Assembly: GCA_035439525.1 (NCBI GenBank)
Contig: DAORKK010000001.1
Location: 3,695-67,694 of the forward strand
DNA from: Chitinophagaceae bacterium
GTDB taxonomy: Bacteria; Bacteroidota; Bacteroidia; Chitinophagales; Chitinophagaceae
DNA: 64,000 nt
Reading direction: 5' to 3'
The notes under the pieces are model-generated. The model did not search any database and was not told the DNA's origin. It saw nothing but the letters and a program-made list of their open reading frames with translations. The stretch's first letter is position 1. The number at the start of each line of letters is the position of its first letter. A program made the position numbers and the translations under genes. Positions 61,410-64,000 of this stretch are shown one piece after another.

Positions 61410-62582
61410 CTAACCCTTTAATACAACCTGATTGTACAGCACTGAAAGTTCTTTTCCCACTGCTTCATAATTATATATGGATGACGCGTGGGCAGCGATG
61501 ATGGCCCTGTTGTACCTGTTATATGTTTTTTTCAGGTTCAGCAGGGCTTTTTTCATAGCGGTTTCATCTCCGGGTTCTACCAGTACCCCATTCGAATCAT
61601 TCAGCATTTCCGGAATCCCCCCCGTCCGGGTAGCAATAACCGGTAACCCGCAACACAGGGCTTCACTGATTACGCAAGGTGCATTTTCCACCTGGCTGAA
61701 TAATACAAGGGCATCACATTCCCGCATCCGTTTGGCTACATCCCCGTAACCAACCTCACCACCAAACAATATCACACCAGCCGGCAGGTCCATCCCGGAG
61801 GCGAATACAGCCAGGCGTTGGTCCCGGTTACCCAACATCCATAATTCCAGCTCAGGGTCCTCCTGCCAGGCAGCAGCAAAAGCCCGGAGCAATCCTTCCG
61901 GATTTTTCTGGGCATTCATACCCGAAACATGGATATACCGGAATTTTGTACGCTTCACATGATCTGTAACCTGGAAAAAGAAGTGGTTTGTATCAACCAC
62001 ATTCGGGATTGGTGTTGCAGACACTGGTAATACCAGGCGGTTTACCTGTTCTGCAAGATCCCTGCTCACCGGAAGAAACAAAGCCGTCTCCCGCATTACA
62101 CGGGATATCAGGCTGCGCATCCGTGCCGGTTGGCTGGAATAAGCAATTTCGCTTCCAGGCTGATAAATGGTCCAGTGTTCTGTGACCACAAAAGGGACTC
62201 CGTATTTTTGCTTTAACCATAATGCCAGCCGTCCGGCCGGGTAAGGAACATGAACATGAACTACAGATGGAACTCCATGATCTGCGAGATATGTCTTAAT
62301 CACTTCTTTAAAAGTCCTGTTCCAACGCCGGTAAAACAGGTATCTCCCGGCCAGACTATTTCCTTTTCCCAGGTAAACCACCTGCTCGGTCAGTCCTTTG
62401 CTTTCTTGTTTTTGAAACGCTGACTTTCCCGGGCGAAGGGATGCATCGGCCACCAATCGTATTACATGAATATCATTGAATAAGGAAGCAGCCCGTGCAT
62501 GTCGCTGAATAAAATCACCGTCGAAAGGATCGGCCCGGTTGGGGTACCAGCTGCAAAGCCAAAGTATTTTTTTCCGGGTCAT
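61410..62582 (-). CDS. Glycosyltransferase family 4
   Basis: WYPN...GDFIQRHA and ENAPCVISEALCCGLPVIATRTGGIPE; start at MTRKK. Confidence 0.92.
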   Translation of the reverse strand: MTRKKILWLCSWYPNRADPFDGDFIQRHARAASLFNDIHVIRLVADASLRPGKSAFQKQESKGLTEQVVYLGKGNSLAGRYLFYRRWNRTFKEVIKTYLADHGVPSVVHVHVPYPAGRLALWLKQKYGVPFVVTEHWTIYQPGSEIAYSSQPARMRSLISRVMRETALFLPVSRDLAEQVNRLVLPVSATPIPNVVDTNHFFFQVTDHVKRTKFRYIHVSGMNAQKNPEGLLRAFAAAWQEDPELELWMLGNRDQRLAVFASGMDLPAGVILFGGEVGYGDVAKRMRECDALVLFSQVENAPCVISEALCCGLPVIATRTGGIPEMLNDSNGVLVEPGDETAMKKALLNLKKTYNRYNRAIIAAHASSIYNYEAVGKELSVLYNQVVLKG

Positions 62583-62647
62583 AGGACTAAAATAAACCAG
62601 TATCACGGGCGGACAAAAGAAATTGCTGATTAATTATACATTTGTCT

Positions 62648-63622
62648 ATGGCAATGATGAAAAGGTTCCGCAACATGCGGTCAGAAGACAATACCGGTTT
62701 CGGGAATAACAGTAATAACAGCGGACGATTTTTTGATCGCCGTACCGGCGGTGCCAATGTGCACAAAAAAGGAGTAAACCTGCTCAACCGGTATAGCTGG
62801 TATCACACGATGCTTGGAATGCCAAGGGGGAAATTTCTTTCACTCTTATTACTCATTTATGTATCGGTCAACCTGGTTTTTGCAGGCATTTATTACCTGA
62901 TTGGCGTGGAGCACCTGGCCGGCATTGAACGAAGCCATAATCTCCGGGAGTTTTCAGAAGTATTTTTCTTCAGTACGCAGACATTCACCACGGTAGGATA
63001 TGGCCGGATCAGTCCGACCGGATTCCTGACCAGTGCCATTTCGACTTTTGAAGCGTTTATAGGCCTGCTGAGTTTTGCTATAGCCACCGGGCTTTTTTAT
63101 GGCCGGTTTTCAAGACCACAGGCTTTCCTTAAATTCAGTGACACAGCCCTGGTCGCCCCTTATAAAGACGGAAGCGCACTGATGTTCCGGATGACGCCTT
63201 TCAAAAACAACCTGCTCTCTGAAGCCGAGGTGAAACTGACATTAGCCATGCGCGTGGAGGAAAATGGAAAAATCGCCAATAAATTTTTTACGCTGCCGGT
63301 TGAAATTGATAAACTGAATTCATTTTCGCTTAGCTGGACCATTGTGCATCCGCTCAATGAAAAAAGTCCCCTGGCTGGTTTTACAGAAGAGGATTTCGGG
63401 AATACGGATCTGGAACTGATGGTATTCGTAAAAGCTTTTGATGAGATCTTTTCCAATACCGTGGTTGCCCGATGGTCATATATTACGAATGAGTTTGTTT
63501 GGGGAGCCCGGTTCAATCCGATGTTTTATGCCGGAACTGACCGCCAAAGTACGTTTCTGGATATTTCACTGCTGAACAGTTATTCCCCGGCGACCATTCC
63601 TGCTGCATCCAATACCCTTTAG
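62648..63622 (+). CDS. Inward-rectifier potassium channel (KirBac-like)
   Basis: FFFSTQTFTTVGYG selectivity filter, RFSRP, LSWTIVHPLNEKSPL; TACATTTG box at 62637-62644 argues against the TTG start at 62642. Confidence 0.92.
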   Translation: MAMMKRFRNMRSEDNTGFGNNSNNSGRFFDRRTGGANVHKKGVNLLNRYSWYHTMLGMPRGKFLSLLLLIYVSVNLVFAGIYYLIGVEHLAGIERSHNLREFSEVFFFSTQTFTTVGYGRISPTGFLTSAISTFEAFIGLLSFAIATGLFYGRFSRPQAFLKFSDTALVAPYKDGSALMFRMTPFKNNLLSEAEVKLTLAMRVEENGKIANKFFTLPVEIDKLNSFSLSWTIVHPLNEKSPLAGFTEEDFGNTDLELMVFVKAFDEIFSNTVVARWSYITNEFVWGARFNPMFYAGTDRQSTFLDISLLNSYSPATIPAASNTL

Positions 63623-64000
63623 TTGGTTACCGGTATGAGCCGGATAAATGCTTTACGGTTGAGGTAATAAAATGTAAGTAAATAAATCAGCGGAATAAAA
63701 CTGAAGACTTTTAAAACCAGGAGTCCGGTATAAAAACCGGAGAGGTATAAACCGGCCAGCAGCAGGAATCCGATGAGCAGTTGACGGTCACTGATGGCAC
63801 AGGCTACTTTAAAGCAATAGACCGGCAGTTCGTTGTAAACCAGTTTTAATGGAGTGGTGATATGGTAACCGTCGGTGATTACAATCCTGGGGTTATTCGC
63901 TCCTACGGGAATCACCACCGGCTTTGTATCCGTCAGCGGATAAATCTCCCGGCCATTCACGACAGCTTTTATTCTCAGGAAACTGAGCAGCACCTGGTTC
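63619..64000 (-). CDS. Hypothetical membrane protein (5' end probably beyond the window)
   Basis: Frame stays open to the window edge; two C-terminal hydrophobic segments. Confidence 0.55.
   Translation of the reverse strand, partial: NQVLLSFLRIKAVVNGREIYPLTDTKPVVIPVGANNPRIVITDGYHITTPLKLVYNELPVYCFKVACAISDRQLLIGFLLLAGLYLSGFYTGLLVLKVFSFIPLIYLLTFYYLNRKAFIRLIPVTN

Overview
Chromosomal core region of a Bacteroidota genome, most likely Chitinophagaceae (inferred from gene content and TAnnTTTG promoter boxes). It holds about 55 CDSs, mostly housekeeping or envelope genes (ilvE partial, rdgB, aroE, yidC, pyrG, proC, purL, type III glutamine synthetase, transaldolase, truB, proS, ribBA, tamB, an Omp85 lipoprotein, pafA), plus the SRP RNA gene ffs, which the ORF track cannot show. 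I found no transposase, integrase, phage gene, tRNA, rRNA or CRISPR array. The most unusual signal is non-coding. At least 11 degenerate 7-mer arrays (one is 8-mer) sit at gene boundaries. Their G-rich strand reads from the flanking gene into the intergenic space, they often begin at or supply the stop codon, several end in a shared CTAAGRA motif, and three form inverted pairs bracketing a spacer. REP-like palindromes occur with them, including a three-level nested one. The best protein-coding candidate for an uncharacterised pathway is an esterase / ATP-grasp / carboxylate-amine ligase cluster, followed by an orphan ORF, a SET protein and two convergent CXXCH proteins. All calls come from reading motifs by eye; no searches were run.
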